Assembly (NCBI GenBank): GCA_050011565.1
Contig: JBEKIW010000002.1
Location: forward strand, 1-64,000
Direction of reading: 5' to 3'
DNA: 64,000 bases
DNA from: Dehalococcoidia bacterium
GTDB lineage: Bacteria; Chloroflexota; Dehalococcoidia; GIF9; UBA5629
The notes below the pieces were generated by a model. The model did no database searches and had not been told where the DNA came from. It was given only the letters and a program-made list of their open reading frames with translations. The translations under genes were made by a program, and so were the position numbers. Numbering within the stretch: position 1 is the first letter of the stretch; each line of letters opens with the position of its first letter. Positions 1-9,301 of this stretch are shown piece after piece.

Positions 1-117
1 TTTTTCGTGGATCCAATCTTTACATTCGCGGTAGCGAGTGAACAAAGTGCTGTCAACTTACTTATTTTGTTTGTGGTGGGTATTGCAATCGTTTGGCTAT
101 CCCCACGGAATCGATAA
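1..117 (+). CDS. 3' end of a membrane protein with a KdpD-type transmembrane (DUF4118-like) domain, partial at the window edge
   Basis: Frame 1 reads FFVDPIFTFAVASEQSAVNLLILFVVGIAIVWLSPRNR*, which aligns by eye with the KdpD segment FFVPPTVSFAVADAQYLFTFIALLAVGVVISLL in this window. Confidence 0.6.
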   Translation, partial: FFVDPIFTFAVASEQSAVNLLILFVVGIAIVWLSPRNR

Positions 118-332
118 GACAGGAGCAAAAGCTGGCACTTCATTTCACACTTCTCGGTTCTGTTAACAAAAACTCAGATTGTTGAGTTTTGCGTCAACAT
201 CAGTCGCGGTCTTTGTGGCCATTTATCAGATTTGTTTGCCTCTACCTTAACTGAACAATCTCAACGTCCCTATGAAGTTACCGGCTGCGCCCATGATGAC
301 TCCCAGCAGGCTCCGATACCAGAGCAACACTC

Positions 333-1145
333 TTATGTAGCGGCGCGAGGATACAGCCGTGCCGCTACAGTCACTAGGACTGCCGTAGCGAGCAGCAAAA
401 CGCCGAAATCCATGCCCAGCCCGTAAGTGCTGGTCCAATTGGGAAGCATCAAGGCACGAAGGGCATCTACCTCATAGGTCAGCGGGTTACCGCGTGCTAT
501 CACCTGTAGCCACTTTGGCATGATCGATATAGGATAGATCGCGTTGCTGGCAAAGAAAAACGGCATGGTGAGTAGCTGTCCAATGCCCATGAACCGTTCC
601 CGAGTCTTGACCATAAAAGCTATGATGAGCGAGAAGGCGCAGAAGCATGCCGCGGCCAACAGGACAAGGGCCAGGACCCCGAGCAACCCCAGGGGATTCC
701 AGTTCATTTTTACACCCAGCACTACGGCCAACACATAGATGACAACGGCCTGAGAAAGCGCGCGCACCCCACCGGACAAAGCTTTCCCGAGGGCAAGTGC
801 CTCTCGTGGTGTGGGGGATACCAAAAACTTGTGGACAATCCCCAGGTCACGCTCCCAGATGATGGTCATACCGCTGAAGATGGCGATGAACAGCGAGCTT
901 TGTGCCAGTATGCCCGGCGCTAGGAAGTCGAGATAAGGTGTCTGCCCAGTCGGGATCACTGGTACACGTGTGAACACTTCTCCGAAGATAACGAGCCATA
1001 GTGCCGGCTGAACCGCCCGGATTAACAGCTCAGTCGGGTCATGGCGAAGTTTGCGCACTTCCAATTCAGCTATGACCAACGTCTTCTGCACAAAGCTGGC
1101 AATACTTAATAGGGGGTTTGTCCTGGTATAGGTCAATTCAGCCAA
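333..1145 (-). CDS. ABC-2 type exporter permease (DrrB-like)
   Basis: Six hydrophobic segments; YLDFLAPGIL, ERDLG and NPLTYEVDALR motifs. Likely TTG start at 1145 overlapping the ATPase stop (ORF track extends to 1181). Confidence 0.9.
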   Translation of the reverse strand: MAELTYTRTNPLLSIASFVQKTLVIAELEVRKLRHDPTELLIRAVQPALWLVIFGEVFTRVPVIPTGQTPYLDFLAPGILAQSSLFIAIFSGMTIIWERDLGIVHKFLVSPTPREALALGKALSGGVRALSQAVVIYVLAVVLGVKMNWNPLGLLGVLALVLLAAACFCAFSLIIAFMVKTRERFMGIGQLLTMPFFFASNAIYPISIMPKWLQVIARGNPLTYEVDALRALMLPNWTSTYGLGMDFGVLLLATAVLVTVAARLYPRAAT

Positions 1146-1944
1146 GCCGTTTGGCCGTGCGCCTGGTCCTTGAGGTCTCACGATAGCTCCCTCCTGTATC
1201 TAGTACATCTCCCGTGTAATGAACGAAAACGTCCTCTAGGGTTGTTCCGTCTCCGCCGATAGCCGCCTTTAATTGGGCTGGAGGTCCGATGGCTACTATT
1301 TTGCCCCTATGCATGATGGCGACCCGCTGGCATAGGTGGTCGGCCTCTTCCATCAAATGAGTGGTCATGAATATCGTTGTTCCATAGCTGCGCTGTAATT
1401 CGGTTATGTGCTCCCACACCACCTTGCGCGCCAACGGGTCCAATCCAATCGTTGGCTCGTCCAAGAACAGCACTATTGGTCGGTGTAATATGGATTGGGC
1501 GATTTCGAGACGACGGATCATGCCGCCAGAGTAGGTGCGCACAAGTTTATTCGCCGCATCCTCTAATCCCATGAAAGCCAGGGCCCTGCGCGCTCGTTCT
1601 TCGCGTTCGGCCCTTGGCACGTCGTAGAGTCTGGCAAAGACCCATAGATTCTCATAACCGGTCAGGGATCCATCTGCGGAAAGCATCTGTGGCACATAAC
1701 CGATGGCCTTCCTCACCTGGGCAGCATGGCGTGTGATGTTGAATCCCGCCACCAGAGCTGTACCTGACGTGGGACGCAACAAAGTAGTAAGCATCTTGAT
1801 CGCAGTGGTCTTGCCCGCTCCGTTAGGTCCTAAAAGGCCAAATATATCACCAGGCTCCACCGACATTGTCAGCCCATCTACAGCTGTCAGATTACCGAAA
1901 CGACGGGTGAGAGCGGAAGTTTCTATGACTGGCATTTGTATCAC
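1138..1944 (-). CDS. ABC exporter ATP-binding protein (DrrA-like)
   Basis: Walker A GPNGAGKTT, signature YSGGM, Walker B LFLDEPT. Confidence 0.95.
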   Translation of the reverse strand: MIQMPVIETSALTRRFGNLTAVDGLTMSVEPGDIFGLLGPNGAGKTTAIKMLTTLLRPTSGTALVAGFNITRHAAQVRKAIGYVPQMLSADGSLTGYENLWVFARLYDVPRAEREERARRALAFMGLEDAANKLVRTYSGGMIRRLEIAQSILHRPIVLFLDEPTIGLDPLARKVVWEHITELQRSYGTTIFMTTHLMEEADHLCQRVAIMHRGKIVAIGPPAQLKAAIGGDGTTLEDVFVHYTGDVLDTGGSYRETSRTRRTAKRLG

Positions 1945-2438
1945 TTTCCTTTGTCTGCAGAAGGCCTTTCCGTTGGCACAAAGATTGAGCCTAGAGCCTG
2001 CATGGTTTCTACGATCATGGCCTGCTGGGCAGGCGAAAGCGCAGCAATCTTTTCAGCCAAACTAGCCTCCGTGCCATGCCGAGCCTGCATAAGTGTAGCG
2101 CGGCCAAGTTTGGTGAGCTTTAAACTACTGTATCTGCGATCGTCAGGTAACGCAGTACGAATCACCAGTTTCCGTGTAACCAGAGCATCAATAATTTTGG
2201 ATGCCGAAGGCAACATCAGACCGATATTGTTTGCAACTTCTGAAAGCGAGGCACCCTCATTTCTATCAAGGAAGACAAGAGTGCGAAACTCAGGGATTGA
2301 GAGTCCGCGCATCCTGCGGCTGCGCATCTCCATACGGATGTAGCGCATTACAAAAGGTATTACGTCCATCAACAGAGCTGCACAGCTTGGTTCAGGAGAA
2401 GCTATGGACTTATCACTTTCTTTATGCAACTGTTTCAT
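1941..2438 (-). CDS. MarR family transcriptional regulator
   Basis: wHTH with DDRR..LKLTKLG wing; ATGA overlap with the ATPase gene. Confidence 0.9.
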   Translation of the reverse strand: MKQLHKESDKSIASPEPSCAALLMDVIPFVMRYIRMEMRSRRMRGLSIPEFRTLVFLDRNEGASLSEVANNIGLMLPSASKIIDALVTRKLVIRTALPDDRRYSSLKLTKLGRATLMQARHGTEASLAEKIAALSPAQQAMIVETMQALGSIFVPTERPSADKGK

Positions 2439-2473
2439 AAAGAAAGTATAGCATCGGACTTCGGCGCTGTCAA
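2415..2473 (-). promoter_or_regulatory. sigma70 promoter with an overlapping palindromic operator
   Basis: TTGACA (2473-2468), 17 bp, TATACT (2450-2445) with extended TG; perfect 12-bp inverted repeat ACTTTCTTTATG-N9-CATAAAGAAAGT at 2415-2447. Confidence 0.75.
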
Positions 2474-2757
2474 GGAGCTGTGCTTTCGGGTGACGAGTGG
2501 CGAAGTGTCCTCTTCTTTGTGCCGGTATGTTGCATATATTGTTGTGGTGTCAGGTAACTCGGGGCCCGATGGGCTAGGATATAGGTATGTAGCCACCGAG
2601 GGTCTAAGTAATAGCTGCATTTTTGCTCTGTGCTCAATCCTGGAATGAAGCCGCACAACATAGCGATTTGTTATCCTATTTCTTCATTTCTTCGCCAACA
2701 AGAAACAGTTTGTAAAGGTTACAACTTCCATACTTTAAACGTGCTATCATCTGTTTC

Positions 2758-2808
2758 TTGACATTATTGTTAAAATAATATAAATTATTATTGTAACATT
2801 AATAATAA
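2758..2808 (+). promoter_or_regulatory. sigma70 promoter with two AT-rich palindromic operators (probably MarR sites)
   Basis: TTGACA, 17 bp, TAAATT; ATTATTGTTAAAATAAT (2763-2779) and ATTATTGTAACATTAAT (2787-2803). Confidence 0.65.
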
Positions 2809-2845
2809 AGACGAAATGCACAATCAATAGGCACGGCTGACGGGG

Positions 2846-3313
2846 ATGGACAGGGCAAAGCTAACCAAGGAGATCATTCAGCTTCAGCAGCAGATAGGCC
2901 ATGCTATGGGACAATATGCACCTGAGGTTTGGATGGACTTGAGCCTAACTATTGGCCAGTTGAAAAGCCTATTTTTTATTGATTTTGTGGGAAGCACCAA
3001 CTTCAAGAAGCTGGCAGATGCCTTGGGGGCGTCTCCACCCAATGTAACCGGAATTGTCGACCGTTTGGTGGGGCAAGGGCTGGTGAGTCGTGAGGAGAAT
3101 CCTGAAGACCGCCGTATGCTTCTCCTCAAAACTACAGACGAGGGGAAAGCCCTGCTAGCTAAACTTGGAGAGAGCGGAATAGTCCGCATGTCCGGTATCT
3201 TGGCTCAATTAAGCTTGGAGGAGCTTACCACTCTGGCTCAAGGTCTTAGAGCACTCACCAAGACAACTGAGTGCAGCAAGGAGAAACACAAAGATGAACA
3301 TAATAGAAGTTGA
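2846..3313 (+). CDS. MarR family transcriptional regulator
   Basis: VTGIVDRLV..GLVSR...EDRR...TDEG pattern. Confidence 0.92.
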   Translation: MDRAKLTKEIIQLQQQIGHAMGQYAPEVWMDLSLTIGQLKSLFFIDFVGSTNFKKLADALGASPPNVTGIVDRLVGQGLVSREENPEDRRMLLLKTTDEGKALLAKLGESGIVRMSGILAQLSLEELTTLAQGLRALTKTTECSKEKHKDEHNRS

Positions 3314-4271
3314 GCAGTTGTCGAAGAATTTCGGGCAGCTAGTTGCCGTCGATGAAGTATCCTTTCAGGTAGTTGAAGGTGAGATATTCGGTTTTCTCGG
3401 ACCAAACGGGGCGGGTAAGACGACCACTATCAATATGCTCTGTACCCTGCTGACACCTAGTAGTGGGAGGGCAATAGTCAACGGATACGATGTAGTTAGG
3501 CAGCGGAGTGAGGTGCGGCGCTCTATCGGTCTTGTCTTTCAGGATTCGACTCTTGATGAATATCTAACTGCCGAACAAAATTTACGCTTCCATGCCTATG
3601 CCTATAAAATACCTAAAAAAATCAGGGAGAAGCGTATAAGTGAACTTCTGGGACTGGTTGAGTTGTCCGACCGCCGCAAGAGTAAGGTTCGCACCTTTTC
3701 TGGTGGGATGAAAAGAAGACTGGAAATTGCTCGGGGTCTACTACATAGCCCGCGAGTCCTCTTTCTGGATGAGCCCACGCTGGGCTTGGACCCACAGACC
3801 CGCCGTCATATCTGGGACCACATTCTGGCCGTACGCAAACAAAATAACCTAACCATCTTCTTAACAACTCACTACATGGATGAAGCCGAGAATTCTGACC
3901 GCATAACTATTATCGACAACGGGCATATCATTGCACTTGATACACCGGATAAACTCAAAGATGCCCTTGGTGGGGATGTGGTAACGTTGAAAGCTGTGGA
4001 CAATGATGCCGCTACGCTTGAGTTGAAAGAAAGGTATGGTCTATCAGCCGCTATCCAGAATGGGACAATCACTTTCAGCGTCCCTCAGGGGGAGAAGTTC
4101 CTTCCCAAATTAATGGATAGCTTCCAGAGCCGCCTCCTTTCCATCGGCATACGTAGACCTACCCTTGACGACGTGTTTCTGAAACTAACCGGTCGTGCCA
4201 TTCGTGATGAAGAGGCAGGCCCAAAGGAACTGCTGAAAGGCCACAGAATGAGAATGGGGCACGGGAGGTAA
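3294..4271 (+). CDS. ABC exporter ATP-binding protein (DrrA family)
   Basis: GPNGAGKTT, FSGGM, LFLDEPT; C-terminal PTLDDVFLKLTG. Confidence 0.95.
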   Translation: MNIIEVEQLSKNFGQLVAVDEVSFQVVEGEIFGFLGPNGAGKTTTINMLCTLLTPSSGRAIVNGYDVVRQRSEVRRSIGLVFQDSTLDEYLTAEQNLRFHAYAYKIPKKIREKRISELLGLVELSDRRKSKVRTFSGGMKRRLEIARGLLHSPRVLFLDEPTLGLDPQTRRHIWDHILAVRKQNNLTIFLTTHYMDEAENSDRITIIDNGHIIALDTPDKLKDALGGDVVTLKAVDNDAATLELKERYGLSAAIQNGTITFSVPQGEKFLPKLMDSFQSRLLSIGIRRPTLDDVFLKLTGRAIRDEEAGPKELLKGHRMRMGHGR

Positions 4272-4274
4272 TCT

Positions 4275-5096
4275 ATGGAAGATGTTTTTCGGGGAATGTG
4301 GGTCGTAGCCTACAGGGAACTACTCCGTTTCATTCAGGAGCGGTCCCGTCTATTCTCGTCCTTTGCTATGCCACTGCTGTTCCTGGTAATCTTTGGCGCT
4401 GGTTTTAACCGAATTATAGGGGCAATGACGCCTGGGGTTGACTTCATCCAGTTTATGTATCCCGGCATTATAGCCATGACCGTTCTCATGAATTCAGTAA
4501 TGTCTGGCCTGTCTGTTGTTTGGGACCGCGAGTTTGGTTTTTTAAAGGAAATTCTGGTAGCCCCGCTGGGGCGAAGCGGCATCGTACTGGGCAAAGCCGC
4601 AGGCAGCGCGGCGGTGGCGGTGGTACAGGGCATCGTGATGCTGGTACTAGCGCCTTTTCTGGGTGTTTCGATCAACCCTTTAATGGTAATTGAGCTTATA
4701 CCAGTACTAATTGTAATATCTCTATCCCTTTCTGGTCTAGGTGTTTTGATAGCTTCCCGCATGCGGTCTCAGCAGGGATTTGGGATAATCATACAGCTTA
4801 TCATCTTCCCTCTAATATTTCTATCCGGGGTATTCTTCCCGGTGAACAATGTACCCACCTGGATGGCGTTCATCTCAAAAATTAACCCGCTTACTTATGG
4901 TGTAGATGCCATCCGTCAACTCTTCCTGGGGAAAGAAATAGCCGCCATGGGTGGAGCTATGGGTCAGGCCGGTAGTGTCATCGGTGTGACAGTCTTTGGA
5001 CACACAATGACCATACTTCAGGATATGTTAATTGTGGTAATCTTTGGCATTGTATTGCTGTCACTTGCAGCATGGTCCTTCAGCAAACAGGAATAG
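4275..5096 (+). CDS. ABC-2 type exporter permease (DrrB-like)
   Basis: WDREFGFLKEILVAP and NPLTYGVDAIR motifs; multiple TM helices. Confidence 0.93.
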   Translation: MEDVFRGMWVVAYRELLRFIQERSRLFSSFAMPLLFLVIFGAGFNRIIGAMTPGVDFIQFMYPGIIAMTVLMNSVMSGLSVVWDREFGFLKEILVAPLGRSGIVLGKAAGSAAVAVVQGIVMLVLAPFLGVSINPLMVIELIPVLIVISLSLSGLGVLIASRMRSQQGFGIIIQLIIFPLIFLSGVFFPVNNVPTWMAFISKINPLTYGVDAIRQLFLGKEIAAMGGAMGQAGSVIGVTVFGHTMTILQDMLIVVIFGIVLLSLAAWSFSKQE

Positions 5097-5420
5097 TACT
5101 TCTGCACAAAAGGGCGTTTTGTTGGGGAGCCGTGACCTGTTGGCTAAACAACTGAAAGATCCAGAAAAAGTAAGCTATCAACCACGGGTTATTACGTTGC
5201 CAACTCTGGCAACAGCAGCAAGATATTCAAGAGAGAACTGCCACCATCTGGAGCCGCGCTACGGTGCCTGACTGCACCTGGCCTGAGTCCACGAATGCCG
5301 GGAGAGCCGTCACCATCCGGTGATAGTGTGACCCACTTTGCTATGGACGGATGGCCCCGTTTGGTCCGAGAAATGCAACAAACAAACCGGACTGATATTT
5401 GGAAATAAGAAATTATTTGG

Positions 5421-5680
5421 TTAATTATGTAGCATATGAATAAACCGATATTTATAAGCTCCTCCTAATTGCCAAGGGGCATCATTAACACAGTTGGTAT
5501 GTGCTGCCACATTCCCACCACCTAAATATACGGCAACGTGGTCATCGTAGGCGTTTGAAGACCAAGCGTAATAAATGACGTCCCCTTGTTCTAATTGACT
5601 AACTGACGATACTTCATTAGCGTAGCCATTGTCCAAAAGCCAATTTATAAGGTAAAATTCCAGCGAAAACCAACTCAAAG
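5421..5680 (-). pseudogene. C-terminal fragment of an amidase-like (Amidase_6 / NlpC-P60 superfamily) protein; 5' boundary approximate
   Basis: LEQGDVIYY...DHVAVYLG...AAHT...YRFIH resembles the His-bearing half of the domain; no catalytic-Cys half; the upstream part of the ORF is a repeat remnant. Confidence 0.5.
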
Positions 5681-5724
5681 AAACTTTATCTTTGGCAGTA
5701 ATGGGCACAAGCCGGAAAGCAGTA

Positions 5725-5753
5725 GACATTACCGCGCTTGGCTCGCAATGACA
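5725..5753. repeat. Half copy of the GTCATTGCGAG-type palindromic element
   Basis: Reverse complement tgtcattgcgagccaagcgcggtaatgtc matches 43447-43475 at 24/29 positions. Confidence 0.7.
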
Positions 5754-5765
5754 AAGGGTATTCAA

Positions 5766-6317
5766 GTGGCGGACATTAAGAGTGCCTGGGAAATCGCCCA
5801 GGAAAAAGCCAGTAAGTTAGGCGAGCTATCACCCGAAGAACGGGAGGGGCAAAGACAGGACAAATGCCGCCTAATCGGAGAATCACTGGCCGAGAAATAC
5901 TTCAGCCACCATGATATCAGCTTTCTCGAAGACGAACTGAGGAAGCACAGTGCACAGGATAAAGACTTAATAAGCCAGACGGCGATACGCCGGCTTATAC
6001 AAGGTCTTGACCTGCGGTACCCCACTGAGCTGGCCAAAATATCGCAAGGAATTCTTACCTTAGCTCATTCTGCCACAGCAACGAAAACTCTAGACGAAAT
6101 AAAAGCACTTTTCCAGGAATATGCGGAGGCTGAGGACAAAGAAAGGCAGGAAATAGAGAAGACTGGCAGGGAAATGCTGCATCAACTAAGAATCTCGGGC
6201 GCTGCCGTCAGCCGGCTTAACATTCGAGCTAAAGAAGAATGGCAGAAAAAGCTGGACCAAACGGCCAAACCATTTAATGAGAGATTGAATTACCTTAAAC
6301 AGGAATTACAGCGGTGA
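5766..6317 (+). CDS. Conserved hypothetical helical protein (DUF6657-like N-terminus)
   Basis: GTG start giving MADIKSAWEIAQEK; charged helical ORF (ORF track starts at 5748). Confidence 0.7.
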   Translation: MADIKSAWEIAQEKASKLGELSPEEREGQRQDKCRLIGESLAEKYFSHHDISFLEDELRKHSAQDKDLISQTAIRRLIQGLDLRYPTELAKISQGILTLAHSATATKTLDEIKALFQEYAEAEDKERQEIEKTGREMLHQLRISGAAVSRLNIRAKEEWQKKLDQTAKPFNERLNYLKQELQR

Positions 6318-6339
6318 TAGGTAAGTATGTGGCTGCCAA

Positions 6340-7191
6340 CTAGGCCAGGTTCATAGCCTGGCACATGGCGGTATCAACATTTTTATGGGTATCTTCAGTA
6401 GCTTCCTCAGCTATTACACTGGTTACCTGCAGCAATCTATTTTGCTCTGTGGTTCCCAGGTGTTCCAGCATCTCCTCCACTCTTCTCGCCAACTGTACCT
6501 GATTTTCTAAAGAAATATTCTTTGACCGCGGCAATGCCAGTAAGGGATGAGCAAAAAGCATCGGCCTGAGTAAAGTTGTCAGATAGACAAATTTAGCCTG
6601 TCGATTTGTCTGCGCCAGCTTCCAGGCTGATTTGTCCTGCTCCGAAGGTTTCAACCATTCTAAGGCAAAAGTAAACTGACAATCAATGAAGTCATGTTGA
6701 ACTAAAAGTCTGGTGGCCTCGAAATCTTTGACTGCCACAGATACATAGTAAAGAGCCTGGTCAAGTACCGGCGGCTCAAGCCCCTTAATGGCAGCTGTGT
6801 GACGGCATTCGTCGGGAATCCTGAAGATATAATACTCCAGCGAACCGTGAAGGACACTATGAGCTGCTTCATGCCTTATTGCCCCAAGTCTACCTAACTT
6901 ATTCAGCTTAGTCAATCTGTCCAAGCTGCAGATAACACGAGGATAACCGCGCCAGGCATCATGCGCGCAAACAAATTCCTCATCGCCATCAGCGGTCATG
7001 CCAAGCCTGAGTTTATCCTCTTTGAGCAGGGCCCGCATGTTCGCCTCTCTATCCACCACATGAATTTCAACTTTGTACGGAATTCTAGGCCCGAATCGTC
7101 GATAGCAATCGCGGAATATATTTTCAATATCCCTTTTAAAGTTCCAGGGGATATTGCCGCTGGTAATGGTATTTATCTCAACAGTCGCCAT
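6340..7191 (-). CDS. Hypothetical protein with HExxH zincin-like motif
   Basis: IRHEAAHSVLHG; likely start MATVE, just downstream of TTGACT-17-TATCTT. Confidence 0.75.
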   Translation of the reverse strand: MATVEINTITSGNIPWNFKRDIENIFRDCYRRFGPRIPYKVEIHVVDREANMRALLKEDKLRLGMTADGDEEFVCAHDAWRGYPRVICSLDRLTKLNKLGRLGAIRHEAAHSVLHGSLEYYIFRIPDECRHTAAIKGLEPPVLDQALYYVSVAVKDFEATRLLVQHDFIDCQFTFALEWLKPSEQDKSAWKLAQTNRQAKFVYLTTLLRPMLFAHPLLALPRSKNISLENQVQLARRVEEMLEHLGTTEQNRLLQVTSVIAEEATEDTHKNVDTAMCQAMNLA

Positions 7192-7294
7192 ACTTACTAA
7201 CAACAAAGATAACAATGTTAGTCAGCAAAGTCAATACCATTGCATTTAGCTGCTTAGCAATGTAATATAGGACAACTTAGGAACAGAATACAAA

Positions 7295-7780
7295 ATGGAA
7301 CATCTCTGGGCGCCATGGCGAGCTGAATATATACTCCAAACCGAAAAAGTCGGCTGCTTTCTCTGCGAGAAACCAAAAGAAACCAACGATGAAACCAACC
7401 TTATCCTTCATCGCGGCAAAAGCAACTTCATCATTCTCAATTCATTCCCGTATAACCCGGGACATTTGTTGGTTGCACCTTATCGCCACATAGGTAATCT
7501 CGACGCACTAACTGATGAAGAGGCGAAAGAACAGTTCGACCTGGTTAAGCTGGGTCTCAGATTGCTTGCCGAAGTAACAAAGCCAACCGGTTTCAACATG
7601 GGCATGAACCTGGGTAAAGTTGCCGGAGCCGGGCTGGATGACCATCTTCACACCCACGTAGTGCCCCGATGGCAAGGTGACACTAACTTTATGCCGGTGA
7701 TTTCAAACACCAAAGTCTTATCGGAAGCATTGGCAGCTTCTTATAAGAAGCTGAAAGATGGTTTGCGGATTATAGCCTAG
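7295..7780 (+). CDS. HIT family hydrolase (Fhit/Ap4A-type)
   Basis: LWAPWR, CFLC, PYNPGHLL, HLHTHVVPRW. Confidence 0.95.
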   Translation: MEHLWAPWRAEYILQTEKVGCFLCEKPKETNDETNLILHRGKSNFIILNSFPYNPGHLLVAPYRHIGNLDALTDEEAKEQFDLVKLGLRLLAEVTKPTGFNMGMNLGKVAGAGLDDHLHTHVVPRWQGDTNFMPVISNTKVLSEALAASYKKLKDGLRIIA

Positions 7781-7783
7781 CTG

Positions 7784-8599
7784 TCAATTACCGGCGCGGG
7801 GATAGCAGCCGAGTATTTTAATGAAATTGGTATTATGTTTAAGCTCAATAAGAGCTTCCTGACAAACAGGGTCATCTATGTGCCCCTCAAAATCAACATA
7901 GAATATATATTCCCACGGTTTGTCCCGGCTGGGCCTTGATTCCAGCTTCGTCAGATTTATATTCCTGGTGGCAAAGGCTCCCAAACAAGCATATAACGCT
8001 CCAGGAAGATTCTTGGTGCCAAAGACCAGAGACGTTTTACTTTTCGGCCAAGGTTCCGCCTTCTTCTTAGAAAGAACGAAAAATCTGGTGTAGTTATTAG
8101 GGTTGGTCTCTATTCCCTCCGCCAGTATCTCCAGGCCGTAAATCTGGGCTGCCCGCTTACTCGCCACAGCCGCACTTCCCTTTAGGCCAGCTTCCTTTAT
8201 CCTCTTGGCGCTGCCGGCAGTATCATAAGTAGGCACAATTTCAGCCTTGAGCTTCCTTAAAAACTCCTCGCATTGGGCTAATGCCTGAGGGTGAGAATAT
8301 ATGACCTTTATTCCATCCAAAGTTTCGCCGGGCAAAGCCATCAAGCAATGGCTTATCCGAAGATGAATTTCGCCGAAGATATTCAGGGGAAAGCTTAACA
8401 ATAGGTCGTACGTATCATTAATGCTGCCTGCCTGAGAATTCTCCACCGGAACCACACCGAAATCCACATTATTCTCAAGTACAGCTTCAAAAACATCGGC
8501 TATGTACTTACTGGGGAAAAGCTCGGCATCTCCAAAGAAGGTGATTACCGCATCTTCGCTGAATGCTCCCCTCTCTCCCTGAAAAGCAACCTTAGTCAC
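7784..8599 (-). CDS. pheA: Prephenate dehydratase
   Basis: QGERGAFSE, PVENS, SHPQALAQC, NYTRF, ACT domain ESRP; GTG start assumed (ORF track starts at 8617). Confidence 0.95.
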   Translation of the reverse strand: MTKVAFQGERGAFSEDAVITFFGDAELFPSKYIADVFEAVLENNVDFGVVPVENSQAGSINDTYDLLLSFPLNIFGEIHLRISHCLMALPGETLDGIKVIYSHPQALAQCEEFLRKLKAEIVPTYDTAGSAKRIKEAGLKGSAAVASKRAAQIYGLEILAEGIETNPNNYTRFFVLSKKKAEPWPKSKTSLVFGTKNLPGALYACLGAFATRNINLTKLESRPSRDKPWEYIFYVDFEGHIDDPVCQEALIELKHNTNFIKILGCYPRAGN

Positions 8600-8619
8600 T
8601 CCTCCACCCCATGTCAAGA

Positions 8620-9282
8620 CTAGCTGCCAGCCAATTTCTTTTTCAAGGTCTCTTCGCTGTCTGTAGTTGTTAACGCGATGATACGGTCGTTAACCGCCAG
8701 CACGGTATCGGCTGTGGGCACCTGGGGTTTTTGCCCGTTGCGTATTAGCAGAGCTAAAATAGAATCCAGGGGCAATGACAGCTGCTTGACCGACTTGCCC
8801 ACGGATTTCGACCCATCAAGTATTTTCACCTCAACTATCTCCATCTTCTCCTCACCCATAGTTAGAAGGTGAATTAACGGATGGGTCGGTATTTTCTCTT
8901 CAATATGTTCCAGAATGAGGTTTGTAACACTGATAGGACAATCAACACCGAGCTTCCTGAAGATTTCTTCGTTCTTAGGGTCATTAACTCGAGCGATGGT
9001 CCTGGGTACACCAAATTTATATTTAGCTATCTGACAGGCTACCAGGTTGTCCTCATCCCCATCGGTGGCTGCTATAAAAACTTCAGCCCTGGACGCTCCG
9101 GCCTCGGCCAATGTAACCACTTCGCAGCCGTCACCTCTCACACAAACACTTCCCAACTCATCCTCAAAGTTTTCACATTTGGCGGCATCCTTATCCATTA
9201 CCAGTACCTCGTGCCCTTCTTTCAGCAGCGCTTTACACAGATGGTAGCCAACGCTGCCGCCACCAATAATAATTATATACAT
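8620..9282 (-). CDS. trkA: TrkA family K+ transport regulatory protein (RCK_N + RCK_C)
   Basis: IIGGGSVG Rossmann motif, ATDGDEDNL, C-terminal RCK_C domain. Confidence 0.92.
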   Translation of the reverse strand: MYIIIIGGGSVGYHLCKALLKEGHEVLVMDKDAAKCENFEDELGSVCVRGDGCEVVTLAEAGASRAEVFIAATDGDEDNLVACQIAKYKFGVPRTIARVNDPKNEEIFRKLGVDCPISVTNLILEHIEEKIPTHPLIHLLTMGEEKMEIVEVKILDGSKSVGKSVKQLSLPLDSILALLIRNGQKPQVPTADTVLAVNDRIIALTTTDSEETLKKKLAGS

Positions 9283-9301
9283 TTCTACAGTTTCGCCTAT
9301 T

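Noticed and set aside
2435-2661. Short ORFs between the divergent marR genes
   Set aside because: No RBS or recognisable motif, and they overlap the promoter
5044-5420. 75-aa ORF and GC-rich spacer after the permease as a possible ncRNA or gene remnant
   Set aside because: No recognisable protein or RNA motif in the frames I read
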